Program-made: the position numbers and the translations under genes | DNA from: a virus | Length of the DNA: 64,000 nt | UHGV virus genome: UHGV-0348865 | Reading direction: 5' to 3' (one strand) | Part shown: positions 10,401 to 19,932 of the stretch, piece by piece | Layout: each line of letters opens with the position of its first letter | Position numbering within the stretch: position 1 is the first letter of the stretch | The notes under the pieces: generated by a model | The model's input: the letters and a program-made list of their open reading frames with translations, nothing else | Told to the model about the DNA's origin: nothing | The model's database searches: none

Positions 10401-10773
10401 TTCCCAACAGGATATCAAGCTGTCTCTGAACTTCGATTAGTTTCTGGTTAATGAGAGCAACGGCATTATTAGCATCCGACACTGCTGCGTTAGTCTGAGC
10501 AATAAGTGTCATCAAACGAGCATCTTGATCTTTAAAGTCCTGTTTAAGTTCTTCGATATCTTGCTTCATTAAAACACCTTGTTGATACAGACGTTCTACT
10601 TCAGTGATCAAGTCATCAATTGTACCAAACTTAGACTCCGCTAGCAGTGCCCAATATTTGGAGTCAGCTGCATATTCTGCTGCTTGCTTGTAAGCTCCGA
10701 TAGAGCCTTCCTTAGCACCAAACTGCCCAACATCATTCACTGCATCAGGTGCTTGGTTATTATAAACGATCAT
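7486..10773 (-). CDS. tail fibre protein 1 with tail-collar domain and C-terminal intramolecular chaperone (peptidase S74-like) domain
   Basis: 1095-aa ORF; DAVTLRQLRN and KYSLGDGSTTFRVPDRNG motifs; C-terminal SDERLKTNIKRIENPIEKL...GFLAQDVEKVFPDAV motif. Confidence 0.7.
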   Translation of the reverse strand: MIVYNNQAPDAVNDVGQFGAKEGSIGAYKQAAEYAADSKYWALLAESKFGTIDDLITEVERLYQQGVLMKQDIEELKQDFKDQDARLMTLIAQTNAAVSDANNAVALINQKLIEVQRQLDILLGMSVDVTTLPPGSQATGSFNPNTGVISLGIPEGEPGKDGSVKDLDTAPTGIPELGDLGFYVDKDDNTVHKTTLEDIANLIPSVRSVAVNGGSPATGDVNLVLDKTSVGLNNVVNVASYSTSQVDGKVDGYVKTYRTKAAADADAVNRKTGENVLVWEDYKYEFYTVASNKTLTPVKTENRVITVNSRIPDSTGNIDITIPTGNPSLYLGELLMFPYDPSRPVSYPGILPADGRLVSKDTASDLGASLVNGQLPVVSETEWQAGSKQYYSWGKLADGITDADSTNYINIRLPDWTGGEAIRSPNLTSDAQYDGKPLAQVPYVVAVNGKVPDEVTGNVALTSSDLGALPTSGGKMTGHLNLGTGIVLTGTSSNGVAVNLITSGSDGTVLVGNDTSNTKVLSASVPVHVGPSGENKFYTEGNKPTPAAIGAAAINSSGVNSDITKLEGLIGPTRLGGDAVSDSDAVTLRQLRNQGGGGSGASLNGVSNFNIGDFRLIDSRALIHSNDVPSDGQLLSRTSYPDLWAYAQALSPITDADWLADPQKRGKYSLGDGSTTFRVPDRNGVQTGSISGLYARGDGGNSANDGTVQQNAAPDITGSVGANIWSVYGDPTGAMFAADPALNIPLGAGTTPALSVGFRAGLSNAAYGRDNTTEVRTNSFIGVWVIRANGGFTAANTSWSVINSDDVKPSAGFTVSGGLVRSEYKIGTDLTYSATMSAYGEIDGASNKSGAKILNGNQEWKFNNAGTLVFPNAITQIGTERADGALTIDAYLRPTDVLVRANNSVGVAPSEKNAIRMINFNQSTPGYVSYFSGDWYDGSYTFGGVRGGGTELMHAQISVNGGTGTAADFKFFPDGTAQAGNWASTSDERLKTNIKRIENPIEKLKAIKGVTWERLDKLSKPNGIGFLAQDVEKVFPDAVKVTKFSDTELKDGTIVKDVKSVDTYGVAAALHHEVLLVLLDKIEALENEVAVLKAR

Positions 10774-10782
10774 ATTATCTCC

Positions 10783-11535
10783 TTATACACGAGAAGTACG
10801 AATACCATAAATATCAGGCAAGCTGCTCTGAAGTCGAGTCATGTTATTCGGAATTGCGATAGGTGAACCTGAGTACTCTTGTTTCTTATGCTGCTCTACT
10901 ATTTCATCAAGGATAGCTTTTCCTAATGCAGACCATTTCTGAACTCCATTATCATCTTGAACAAATAAGCAAGCGTGACGTAGAGTGAAATACAGAAGAA
11001 GCTCTGGTGCAATAGTAAGGATAGCACTGGTATCTGTATCTTCATGGAATTCCGGTGGGTCCGCATAATAGCTAAGAATCACTGAGTTTTCTGCTGGAAT
11101 CAAAGGGCTTCCATCATCAGGATAAACAGGAGTGTCTGCTTCAATACTAGGATAGAAAATGAAACGACTCCCGAAACGAGCAAAGTTAACAGGCTGGTTG
11201 TTCCAGTGGGATGGGTTAATTGTTCCATGCTGTCTACGATAGCTAATCTCTTCCGGAGATGTTACTTGGAAGATTGTACCATCTTTGGCTCTCATCATCC
11301 ATTGAGCTTCTAAGTAATCAGGAGGAATATAAGCCACTCCATCTTTGATATCTAAATACACTTCTTTTTCCAGAGGAGGAATACGTAAGTTACGATAAAT
11401 CTCTTTCTCTGCAAAGTTAATAAAGTTTGGAATTTGATTAACAAATTCGTCATCGTCCCTATCTGCCCAGAGGGCCACGGCCTTCTTTAGCCACCCATAG
11501 GTATTGATGGGGTATTGAACATCTGGCATTGCCAT
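10783..11535 (-). CDS. virion structural protein, function unknown
   Basis: 250-aa ORF between capsid/Ig ORF and tail fibre; tight spacing to neighbours. Confidence 0.4.
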   Translation of the reverse strand: MAMPDVQYPINTYGWLKKAVALWADRDDDEFVNQIPNFINFAEKEIYRNLRIPPLEKEVYLDIKDGVAYIPPDYLEAQWMMRAKDGTIFQVTSPEEISYRRQHGTINPSHWNNQPVNFARFGSRFIFYPSIEADTPVYPDDGSPLIPAENSVILSYYADPPEFHEDTDTSAILTIAPELLLYFTLRHACLFVQDDNGVQKWSALGKAILDEIVEQHKKQEYSGSPIAIPNNMTRLQSSLPDIYGIRTSRV

Positions 11536-11597
11536 AGGTTGTCCTCCTTGTTATATGTAGACAAAGAATATACATTACACACTGGCTTGTATAGGTC

Positions 11598-11629
11598 TTA
11601 AAACGAAAAAACCCCGCCCGAAGGCAGGG
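11598..11629 (-). terminator. rho-independent terminator after capsid/Ig ORFs
   Basis: CCCTGCCTTCGGGCGGGG hairpin followed by TTTTTTCGTTTT on the minus strand. Confidence 0.7.
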
Positions 11630-11636
11630 TCTAATT

Positions 11637-12149
11637 TTAAGCAGGTGTTACACCAGTAAAAGTGCATGTTGCATTGATAGACGGGTCAGCTGTCAAACTA
11701 GCTTGAACAGTAACTTCGCCACTTGCAGCAGCATCTAATTTTAACGAATTATTAGCGCTTATTGTACCAGCTTCTACGGGAGTTACAACAAGTGTGTAAT
11801 CATCAGCAACAGAATTGGTTACAGTAAACATGGTGTTGAAGTTAGTGGTAGTACCACCTACTTTACCTGTAATTGGCCCACGACTCACAATAGTAGGAGC
11901 AGGAGCAACAATTTCAGAAATGGTTGCTGTACCAGAAACACCTTCTAAAGTTGCAGTAATGGATACATCAGTGGATTGAGACGCACTCGGAGCAGTATAC
12001 AAACCAGACTGAGTGATAGAACCACCTCCTGTCACTGACCAAGTAAAGCCAGTTGTTTCGGTAGAACCATCACTTTTCTCCGCGCTTGCAGTGAACTGCC
12101 GAGTAGCCCCTGTCTCTAGACTTGCTAAAGACGCAGGGCTAACAGTCAC
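11637..12149 (-). CDS. Ig-like (Big_2-type) domain ORF; probably the C-terminal extension of the capsid protein made by -1 frameshifting
   Basis: Ig-like sequence; its frame is open upstream through the capsid 3' end and across a GGGAAAG slippery heptamer at 12173-12179. Confidence 0.5.
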   Translation of the reverse strand: MTVSPASLASLETGATRQFTASAEKSDGSTETTGFTWSVTGGGSITQSGLYTAPSASQSTDVSITATLEGVSGTATISEIVAPAPTIVSRGPITGKVGGTTTNFNTMFTVTNSVADDYTLVVTPVEAGTISANNSLKLDAAASGEVTVQASLTADPSINATCTFTGVTPA

Positions 12150-12160
12150 ACTGTCTACTG

Positions 12161-13219
12161 TTACGCCGCCACCTTTCCCGCAGCAGTGAACAGAACGCCG
12201 GAAGCATACGGGTTGCGGTGACGCAGACCAACTTCCATTTCAATCATCCACTTCTCGTAAGAACCGTCTTTAGCCAGTTCAGTACGTTTCGGAGCACGCA
12301 GAACCATCTGAGTCCAGTCAGCGCTACGGAAGAAGTAAACTGCATCGGTAGGCATCCAACGGTTAACGATGATTTTGTAGCTCTGGCCCAGCGGGTCAGT
12401 GATGCTGTTAACTTCGTAGATGAACTGCTTGGTGTTCTCAAAGATACGCTTACGTGAACCCTGAGTATTTTCTTGCAGGCCAGCGAAGATCTTAGCATGA
12501 GCCGGGTTGATCATGATGATATCTGCTTCAGAACCAGCGGTATACAGTTGCAGAGTCATATCAAAGATATCAGCTTCGTCGAAACCAATGTTAGTGGTCG
12601 GGTTAGAAGCATTCTGTGCAACTTTAACAGTTACTGCACCAGTATCCGGGTCAGCAGGACCATTCTTAGTCTTGTCAACAACGCCACCAGACAGACCACC
12701 GTGAGCACACAGGAACTGGAATGCACCAGTCTTACGAGCTGCATGGGTGTCGTTCTTACCAATCTGATCTGGATCAGTTGCAGAGTTAGTCAGGTACTGG
12801 TCAGCCAGAACGTCGGTACGAGCCTGACCGGACAGAAGGATTTTCTCGAGGTCACGCTTAATCTCTTTACCTTTCTTCTCCAGCTGATACATCAGTTCAC
12901 GACCACGACCGTAGTTAGCGGTGGTGTTAGCAGTATCAGAAACACGAACAACCTTACGCAGAATCTGAGTAACGTTAGATTTGATAACAGTCGGTTTCAT
13001 TTCGCCGTCTTCAGCACGAGAGCCTTCGACGTGTGCGTTATTACCGTCAACGCTTGCCAGTGCATCGGTCTGCCAGCTAAAGATAGTCTGGTTGATAGAC
13101 TCTTTACCGGTCATAGATACGAACGGGGTATCCTGAGGGGACAGAACAGAAATCCAGTTAGCAAAAGAAAGTTTTTTACCATTCTGGTCATACGATACAA
13201 ATAAAGTTGGATTAGCCAT
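12161..13219 (-). CDS. major capsid protein
   Basis: 352-aa ORF downstream of portal and scaffold-like genes, strong ribosome-binding site, followed by Ig-like extension ORF; assignment by context. Confidence 0.6.
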   Translation of the reverse strand: MANPTLFVSYDQNGKKLSFANWISVLSPQDTPFVSMTGKESINQTIFSWQTDALASVDGNNAHVEGSRAEDGEMKPTVIKSNVTQILRKVVRVSDTANTTANYGRGRELMYQLEKKGKEIKRDLEKILLSGQARTDVLADQYLTNSATDPDQIGKNDTHAARKTGAFQFLCAHGGLSGGVVDKTKNGPADPDTGAVTVKVAQNASNPTTNIGFDEADIFDMTLQLYTAGSEADIIMINPAHAKIFAGLQENTQGSRKRIFENTKQFIYEVNSITDPLGQSYKIIVNRWMPTDAVYFFRSADWTQMVLRAPKRTELAKDGSYEKWMIEMEVGLRHRNPYASGVLFTAAGKVAA

Positions 13220-13260
13220 GTTATGTTAGCTCCTATACTATTAATAATTTAATTTGTCGG

Positions 13261-14337
13261 TTAATCTACGAGGAATTTGAATGCGTCTTCGTGACTAACG
13301 CGACCCTCTGCGAATGCCTTGGCAACCTTAGCGTTGTCGGGCTTATTGGAAGTGCGAGACTTTGCAGCATCAGACTTCACAACCTTGCGTGGAGCACCGG
13401 GACGTTTAATCTTAGCCATCACCTGTTGCTTACCTTTATCAAATTGGTATGCTTTATGGAGAGCTAGGAAAATAGACGGACGGTTTTCCTTCAATACTTC
13501 TTCTTCAGTAGCACCTAAGTCAATTGCGTATTGCATTAAGTTTTGATATAAGTTTTCATCCCAATTTGGAATCTCACGTTTCAGAATATTAACACATTCA
13601 ATGCTCTTGGCTTGGAAAGCTTCCTGCTCTTTAGCTGCTGCTTCCTGCTTAATACGGGCCTGAGCCTGTTCAAGCTGTTGACGGCGAGCTGTGTACTTCT
13701 CTAGGAAACGTTTGTTTTCAACATATGCTTGAGGATCTTCTACTGCAAGCTTGTCCCAATCAAAACCGTTATAATCTTCAATTACTCGGTCTGCTTCTAA
13801 AGACGCTAGTTCTAATACATCCTTCAAACCTACTACACGTTCCTCAAATGCTTCCATATGACGCTGAAGAGTTGATTCTCGTTCTGTCATATCAGCACCA
13901 GTAAGATAGCCATTAGAAAGTTCTTCAATAGTCATCTCACGTCCATCAGGAAGGGTGATAACGGTTTCGTAGTCTACATCAAAGACCTCACCTTCACCGT
14001 CAACAGAATCATCTTCATATTCTGCATCGCTTGAATCTTCTTCCTCTTGTTCTTCTGCTTCAGAGGATTCATCTTCATCTTCTTCGACTTCGCCTTCCTC
14101 TTCACGATCTTCCCAACCATCTTCATCTTCGAACTTAAGCTCATCGCTTTCACCGAGAAGGTCGGTATCAAAGTCGAAATCGTCACCGTCTTTTTCCGGG
14201 AACTCATCGTCAATGTCCACTTCTGGTTCTTGTTCAGATTCTAATCGACCGAGTTCTTCTTTGAAAGAACCTTTCAGGTCATCCAGTTGGAGGAAAGATT
14301 TAAAATCGTTCGGGTCAATATAATTATCTTGTGGCAT
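13261..14337 (-). CDS. scaffolding-like protein (highly acidic N-terminal half)
   Basis: 358-aa ORF with long Asp/Glu-rich tract and helical C-terminal part; located between portal and capsid. Confidence 0.4.
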   Translation of the reverse strand: MPQDNYIDPNDFKSFLQLDDLKGSFKEELGRLESEQEPEVDIDDEFPEKDGDDFDFDTDLLGESDELKFEDEDGWEDREEEGEVEEDEDESSEAEEQEEEDSSDAEYEDDSVDGEGEVFDVDYETVITLPDGREMTIEELSNGYLTGADMTERESTLQRHMEAFEERVVGLKDVLELASLEADRVIEDYNGFDWDKLAVEDPQAYVENKRFLEKYTARRQQLEQAQARIKQEAAAKEQEAFQAKSIECVNILKREIPNWDENLYQNLMQYAIDLGATEEEVLKENRPSIFLALHKAYQFDKGKQQVMAKIKRPGAPRKVVKSDAAKSRTSNKPDNAKVAKAFAEGRVSHEDAFKFLVD

Positions 14338-14573
14338 TATGAAACATCTCCTGCACTATTGATAGCAGCTTTTATGACCTCTTTTAAGCTACCCACCATT
14401 TTATACTTTTGATAACAATCTTCGCGTTTCTTATTCTCATGAGGTTCGGTTTGAACTATCTCTGTCATGAGTCTTTCTTTCAATGCCTCTAATGCTGCGT
14501 CAAGACTGCCGTTAAGATTGAGAGCCGCCAAAGCGGCGGCGTGCTCTTTATTGAATTGATGCCTAATGTTCAT
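14337..14573 (-). CDS. small hypothetical protein
   Basis: 78-aa ORF tightly packed between portal and scaffold genes. Confidence 0.3.
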   Translation of the reverse strand: MNIRHQFNKEHAAALAALNLNGSLDAALEALKERLMTEIVQTEPHENKKREDCYQKYKMVGSLKEVIKAAINSAGDVS

Positions 14574-14582
14574 TCGACGTCC

Positions 14583-16826
14583 TTACTTTTTACTTCCAAG
14601 ACGTTTGCCTGGAATCCGTGAATCTTTGAGAGAAGCTTGTTGCTCTTTCTTAGTTACATTAGCTTCTTTCTTTTGGAGTTCCAAAGTTTTGTCCTGAACA
14701 CGAGCTTGCTGAACAATCTTCTCTTGGTCTACCTGATGAGACATAACCATCTGCAATTCTTTCAGTACAGATTCATACTGACGGACCTGCTGTTGCATAA
14801 GAGCTAACTTGTGCTTAGCTTGTTCCAGAGTAGCATTGTTATCTTCTTTACGGTTTTCCAGAGTCATTTCATCTGCTGCATTTTCTTGCTTGAACTGCAA
14901 CTCTTCCTGACGCAGACTTAATTCATCCGCAGCTTTCTGCTGTTCGAATGTAGTACGTTCACGTTGGTCGAATGCATCAGCAATCATCTTCTGAGAAGAA
15001 GCCTGTACGTTCTCAACCTGAGCTTTAGTCATCTCGAGCTGAAGGATTTCCATCGGAGAAGGTTCTGGAGGCTGATACTGTTCCAGAGGCAGAAGGTATT
15101 TATGTGTATCTTTAATACCCATCAACTCAAAGATCTGTGCAGTCATGTAACGGTCTTGCTCCAAACCAAAGAGAGGTGCTAACTGTGCATCTGCTGCAAT
15201 CAGCTGTTTCAAGCTAATCAGTTTCTGTGCACGTTCTGCTTTCTCGTTAGGAGAGATAGCCACAACAACTTGGAGGTTGTGACGAGCTGGTAATTGTTTT
15301 GGATTTACCTGAACCATACCACGAGGGGTTTGTACCTCAATAGGAACTTCACCGTTTTCTCTGATAAGGCTGTAAATACCACGCATCAACTCAACCATAC
15401 CATTGTGAGCAATGTTACGACATACCATACGGAGACGGTTCTGTGCAGCATTCATCATCAAGCCTACGGTTGCATAAGCGTTATCATTCTTAAACACATC
15501 AGGGTTGATACCCATGCCTAGTTTGGTTACACCTGTACGTGTCTCTTTAAGCTCCTCAGACATACCTAGGAGGCCATCAATACCTTGAGGTAGGTTATGG
15601 TATGGGAACAGGTCAATAGCGTCCTGACGTTCCATTTCAACCACTCCACCGGGACGGTTATCAAGCAGAGAGCGACGATCGTATGCACCAACAAGAGCCT
15701 TGTATCGACCATAGTTAGCATTGTTGACGTTATCAATGTAACCACGAACTAGCGCGGTACGTAAATCTTGAATATCTTTCGTAATGTCATAGACCGATTG
15801 ACCATAGAAGGAACCCGGAATCGGATACGGGCAGAAGGTTACAAACGGAATGTGAGTCACTTCTTCAGTGTGAAGGATATGCTCACCAGCTTGAATAACC
15901 TGATAGAGTTTAGACTCTTTATTCTTATCTAGAACACCAGTACGAATGTAGTGCTCATAAACCCAAACCATAGAAGCGATATCTTCAGTATCTGTACCAA
16001 TATCAGCATCAATATCCTGACGCCAGTCAGTACGAGACCAAGCAACTGTAGATTGAGTAGTATCCATCGTGTCTGTCCAGTCGTTAAATGCTTCAATCTC
16101 ATCTTTAGGGAAGCCCATAGCAACCAGATCTTCTTTAGAACGACGTACACGATGACAGAAGTATTGTGCATCTGCAAAAGAGGTAGCATGTTCGTCAACA
16201 AAGATTTGCTCTGAAGGAACATATTCAACTTTCACACGTTTAACAGTTTGTTCGTAAGTAACTTTAACATCTACTGTACCGTCTTCATTTTCTTCAGTGA
16301 AGATTTCCAGATTCTTGAGTCCACCAGCTTCTAATCCCTGAACATATGCAGCCAATGCTTCCGGTGGTACACCTTCAGCTTCTTCAGTTTGAGTAGAAGT
16401 TTGCTCATCCCAATAATATTTGATAAAAGAGTTACGAGTAACCAGACATTCTTGTGCAGCAGAAGAGATAATATTGTATCCCGGATTGTCACGCAGAAGA
16501 ATTTGGTTAACCAATTTAGTTGCTACATCAGCAGCATCAGAATCCTGTTGGTTGTCAGCTACGAAAGTAACTGCTTCATCACCAGAACAGAATACGTTAA
16601 TAATATCTTGCAATGTACCGTTAACAGATTCCCAAACAGTACGATCTACCCAACTAGAGCTGCCAGCAGTTACTGGTGCAGGTAAGTTACCATAGAAATA
16701 TTCCCAAGCTTCACGAGCATAGCCCTTAACAGCCATGTCCACGTAGCCTTGAGCATAATTAAAACGACGTTGAAGGTCAACACGTAACTCGTCCAACACC
16801 TCTTCACTATATTTTTGCTTAGCCAT
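14583..16826 (-). CDS. portal protein
   Basis: 747-aa ORF immediately downstream of large terminase in the late operon; C-terminal coiled-coil; assignment by size and context. Confidence 0.55.
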   Translation of the reverse strand: MAKQKYSEEVLDELRVDLQRRFNYAQGYVDMAVKGYAREAWEYFYGNLPAPVTAGSSSWVDRTVWESVNGTLQDIINVFCSGDEAVTFVADNQQDSDAADVATKLVNQILLRDNPGYNIISSAAQECLVTRNSFIKYYWDEQTSTQTEEAEGVPPEALAAYVQGLEAGGLKNLEIFTEENEDGTVDVKVTYEQTVKRVKVEYVPSEQIFVDEHATSFADAQYFCHRVRRSKEDLVAMGFPKDEIEAFNDWTDTMDTTQSTVAWSRTDWRQDIDADIGTDTEDIASMVWVYEHYIRTGVLDKNKESKLYQVIQAGEHILHTEEVTHIPFVTFCPYPIPGSFYGQSVYDITKDIQDLRTALVRGYIDNVNNANYGRYKALVGAYDRRSLLDNRPGGVVEMERQDAIDLFPYHNLPQGIDGLLGMSEELKETRTGVTKLGMGINPDVFKNDNAYATVGLMMNAAQNRLRMVCRNIAHNGMVELMRGIYSLIRENGEVPIEVQTPRGMVQVNPKQLPARHNLQVVVAISPNEKAERAQKLISLKQLIAADAQLAPLFGLEQDRYMTAQIFELMGIKDTHKYLLPLEQYQPPEPSPMEILQLEMTKAQVENVQASSQKMIADAFDQRERTTFEQQKAADELSLRQEELQFKQENAADEMTLENRKEDNNATLEQAKHKLALMQQQVRQYESVLKELQMVMSHQVDQEKIVQQARVQDKTLELQKKEANVTKKEQQASLKDSRIPGKRLGSKK

Positions 16827-17063
16827 CGATTCTCTCCCTCGGTTGATAGCTTAAATAAAAGAAGGGAGGACAAACCTCCCAATTTTTCTGTTTGGACGTT
16901 TCTGTTTTTAACGTGGGGCTGTCCTACCACCACTAGAATTTAGTAACCACAAGACTAAAAGGGAGGTCGTAGCCTACTCTCCCCAACAAGCCGCCAGAAT
17001 GCTTGCCCCCTGCGCTAGAAAGGCTAATCTCTGGCCTAAACCTCTCTAGAAACTCTTAGAATT

Positions 17064-18605
17064 TTAGTAACTCTGATTCCATCTGCTTACGTTTGCCTCA
17101 TACAAAGAAGCACTTCCGTAGCTAACGTCATGCTTAGAGCGACCACGATGTGTAACAGAGCACGCTGAATAGCGCATTGCATCCATTAAGTCATCATGTT
17201 CTTTAATAATCTTACCAACCTTACGGTGATATCTAGCTTTCTCTTCAAATAGCTTAGCGTTAGCGGCTGTGTTAAAGATTTTAAAGCGTCCACTCATCAT
17301 TCTTTCTCGGATATCCGTGATTCCCGGTTCTACAAAGAAGTTCTTTTTACCATCCATTCCAATTTTGTTGTAGAAGGTCTCACTCTGTACGTTAACTCCT
17401 GCATTCTTATAGAATTGAGCAACAGATGAACCACTACCTTTCTCAATATTGTCCGCATCGTGCGGTAGGATGACAGGAATCCACTGACCACGACCATTAA
17501 TAGCTGGAGCATGATACACTGGAGTAAAGCCACCTTCTTTATATGAGTCGTAAACATAGATAGTATCCGTGTTTGCATCGTAAGCTGTCCAAACAGCAGC
17601 AGTTGGGTGATCAATACCAATATCAATTGCACAGACACGTTTCCACGTATCAGGAATTTCGAATGGTTCACATTTAATTGTGTCATCCGATACATCATAA
17701 ATCAAACCACTTCCTAACAATGGCATACCTTTCGAACGCATCTCTAACTGCCACGCTGGAATACCTTCAGTCATATCTTTTATATCTTGGTCAGTGATAT
17801 GTCCACCTAGGTCTGCATGAGCATCCCACCAAGAAGCATTCTGGAAATATAGAGAACCTGTGTTCTCATCCCCTTCACCTTTCATAAATTTATCTACCAG
17901 TTCAGTTAAACCGTTCTCTGGTGTAGCTGTAATTGTAACTAGACCTTTAGTTGTGAGTGTACGTGTGACGCACTGTGCGAATATAGCCATAGACTCGTAT
18001 GGATCTTCTTCGTCTAACCAAATGTAGTCAACTGTTGCACCCATCAATGTGTGTTCACCCTGTTGGGTTGAACGGAATTCTAATGTACTTAAACCGTCAA
18101 ACTCTCCTCTTTCGTTTTGATGTTTGATTTGTACGATTTGAAGTTTGTTACCATCTCGCTCTATCGTGTCAATGACGATAGCATCACGAGGAATGACACC
18201 TGTCCCCAATAAGTTTGTATCCTTTCCGATAGGCGTACCAAACAATTCCTTTTGCAACACTTTCCTTGTGGAATCCCCTGTAATACCAACTGCCCATGCT
18301 AAGATAGGTCTTTTAAATTTATATCCTGTCCACCAAGTTGGGTAGCGACCTGTGACATGACAAGCAAACTCGTATGCCTCGCTGTAAGATTTACCAACAC
18401 GGTTCGCTGCACACAAGAATCTAAAGCGATGCTTCAATCCTGCTGCATAAAATTTCTTTTGGAAGTCATACGCCTTGAAAGACAAAATCTTATTATACTT
18501 CCTCCATTGGTCACGCTCTTTCAACATATTCAATAGTGCTTTCTTTTCCTCTACACTAAGGTTGTTACCAGTTAGAGCTTCATAAATTTGTTTATCTAAT
18601 GACAT
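17064..18605 (-). CDS. terL: terminase large subunit
   Basis: 513-aa ORF; Walker A-like ANRVGKS near N-terminus; Asp/Glu-rich nuclease-like C-terminal half; precedes portal. Confidence 0.75.
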   Translation of the reverse strand: MSLDKQIYEALTGNNLSVEEKKALLNMLKERDQWRKYNKILSFKAYDFQKKFYAAGLKHRFRFLCAANRVGKSYSEAYEFACHVTGRYPTWWTGYKFKRPILAWAVGITGDSTRKVLQKELFGTPIGKDTNLLGTGVIPRDAIVIDTIERDGNKLQIVQIKHQNERGEFDGLSTLEFRSTQQGEHTLMGATVDYIWLDEEDPYESMAIFAQCVTRTLTTKGLVTITATPENGLTELVDKFMKGEGDENTGSLYFQNASWWDAHADLGGHITDQDIKDMTEGIPAWQLEMRSKGMPLLGSGLIYDVSDDTIKCEPFEIPDTWKRVCAIDIGIDHPTAAVWTAYDANTDTIYVYDSYKEGGFTPVYHAPAINGRGQWIPVILPHDADNIEKGSGSSVAQFYKNAGVNVQSETFYNKIGMDGKKNFFVEPGITDIRERMMSGRFKIFNTAANAKLFEEKARYHRKVGKIIKEHDDLMDAMRYSACSVTHRGRSKHDVSYGSASLYEANVSRWNQSY

Positions 18606-18766
18606 ACTTCCTCCAGTTTAAAAATAGAAAAGGGAAAGTCCCTTCGTCAAAGAACCTCCCCTCTCCACTACAAGGGTACACTGCAAAAGAACATCGTGGC
18701 AATAAAACTATAACAATCCTCAGATTGCTAGTCAGATGATCTTCGACAGCTCCCTGTTTCCTTTAA

Positions 18767-19240
18767 TTAACTCTCGTCCGCTTCCTCCCCCTTTTCAGCG
18801 TCCTCAGAGTTGTCTTCTTCTGGAGGCATAACGTCGATACCAAGTGCTCCAGTCAAGAAGTCCTTGATTTGTGCATTCAATGATTCTTCGTTGATTACAT
18901 TCTCTTCCTCAATCTTAACTTCAACAGAGGCCGCCTTAGGATATACCAGATCTGCAACTTTTGATGCAGCCTTGAATCTAAGATCAGGTGGAATATTAGG
19001 ATCTTCGTAAATTTGAATTAACACTTCATCAGGAGACAAATGACTTGCAGCAACACGGTCCAACATTAATTGTGTCAGTTTACCTCTACTACCTCTGGGT
19101 CGTCCGAATTTATTTCCCTTTTGAAACTTCCCATTGCTTGGGTTCATACCACGGCTTTCGAGTTCTTCCGTTACTCCGGGTAATCTTCCTGTAACCTCAG
19201 CTACCTGTGCAGGCGTGAGTTCTCCGTTTTCTCCAAACAT
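18767..19240 (-). CDS. candidate terminase small subunit
   Basis: 157-aa ORF directly upstream of terL on the same strand; N-terminal helix-rich region, acidic C-terminus. Confidence 0.4.
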   Translation of the reverse strand: MFGENGELTPAQVAEVTGRLPGVTEELESRGMNPSNGKFQKGNKFGRPRGSRGKLTQLMLDRVAASHLSPDEVLIQIYEDPNIPPDLRFKAASKVADLVYPKAASVEVKIEEENVINEESLNAQIKDFLTGALGIDVMPPEEDNSEDAEKGEEADES

Positions 19241-19296
19241 TTTATACTCCTTCTACATTATCAACAACACAAAAAGCCTCCCAACGGAGGCAAACA

Positions 19297-19932
19297 TTAC
19301 TTACAATCACCAACGGACAGGTTAAACATCTTACCTAGAGCAATCGTCTCACCTTCCCACGGAAGTTCTGCACCCTTCTCTTCCTCTAAAAGAATAGAGC
19401 CGTCGACCAAAAATTTTTCGTAGTCTCGCAGTGCGTCGTCTACTAACTCACTCTTGTGAATCCACGTAATAGTTTCTGTACCATCCTCTTCGATTCGAAC
19501 ATCACGATGCCATTCATCTTTGGAGGTAATGTAATCATGGAGCATTTCATATTCAGCTTCTTCAATCATCTCAATCATTGCACGAGCGTAGTCAGGGAGG
19601 TGATCATGTTTGGTAGATTCATATTCAACTACTTCCAGAGTAGATGGTTGTGTTTTAGTTTTAGAATCAGGGCGAGTAGTATGAATCAAATCTAACATGT
19701 TTTTGTTCTCCGTAATAGTTGGTTTAAGAATACTTCCACTATATAAATCTTGTACAGCTAGTCCTGAAATATTTCCCATAGTTTCTAAATGTTGCAAGCT
19801 ACAACCAGAACGGCATAGCTGTGAATTATAATCGTTAAGGTCCATTGCTTTAATGTGGAAAGGAGAACCAGAAGGGAAACTACCTCCATCTCCATAAACA
19901 CCTTCCATGTTACGTGCGATTAAACTATTCAT
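19297..19932 (-). CDS. hypothetical protein
   Basis: 211-aa ORF in late operon. Confidence 0.35.
   Translation of the reverse strand: MNSLIARNMEGVYGDGGSFPSGSPFHIKAMDLNDYNSQLCRSGCSLQHLETMGNISGLAVQDLYSGSILKPTITENKNMLDLIHTTRPDSKTKTQPSTLEVVEYESTKHDHLPDYARAMIEMIEEAEYEMLHDYITSKDEWHRDVRIEEDGTETITWIHKSELVDDALRDYEKFLVDGSILLEEEKGAELPWEGETIALGKMFNLSVGDCK

Noticed and set aside
5750-10866. Numerous 60-180-aa ORFs on either strand inside the tail fibre genes (for example 6697-7245, 8012-8260, 9221-9457)
   Set aside because: All overlap long, motif-supported fibre genes; typical shadow ORFs.
12473-13204. Plus-strand 243-aa ORF and other ORFs (12218-12457, 12244-12498, 12507-12704) overlapping the capsid gene
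   Set aside because: Embedded in or antisense to the capsid gene, low-complexity translations; capsid frame has the ribosome-binding site and operon context.
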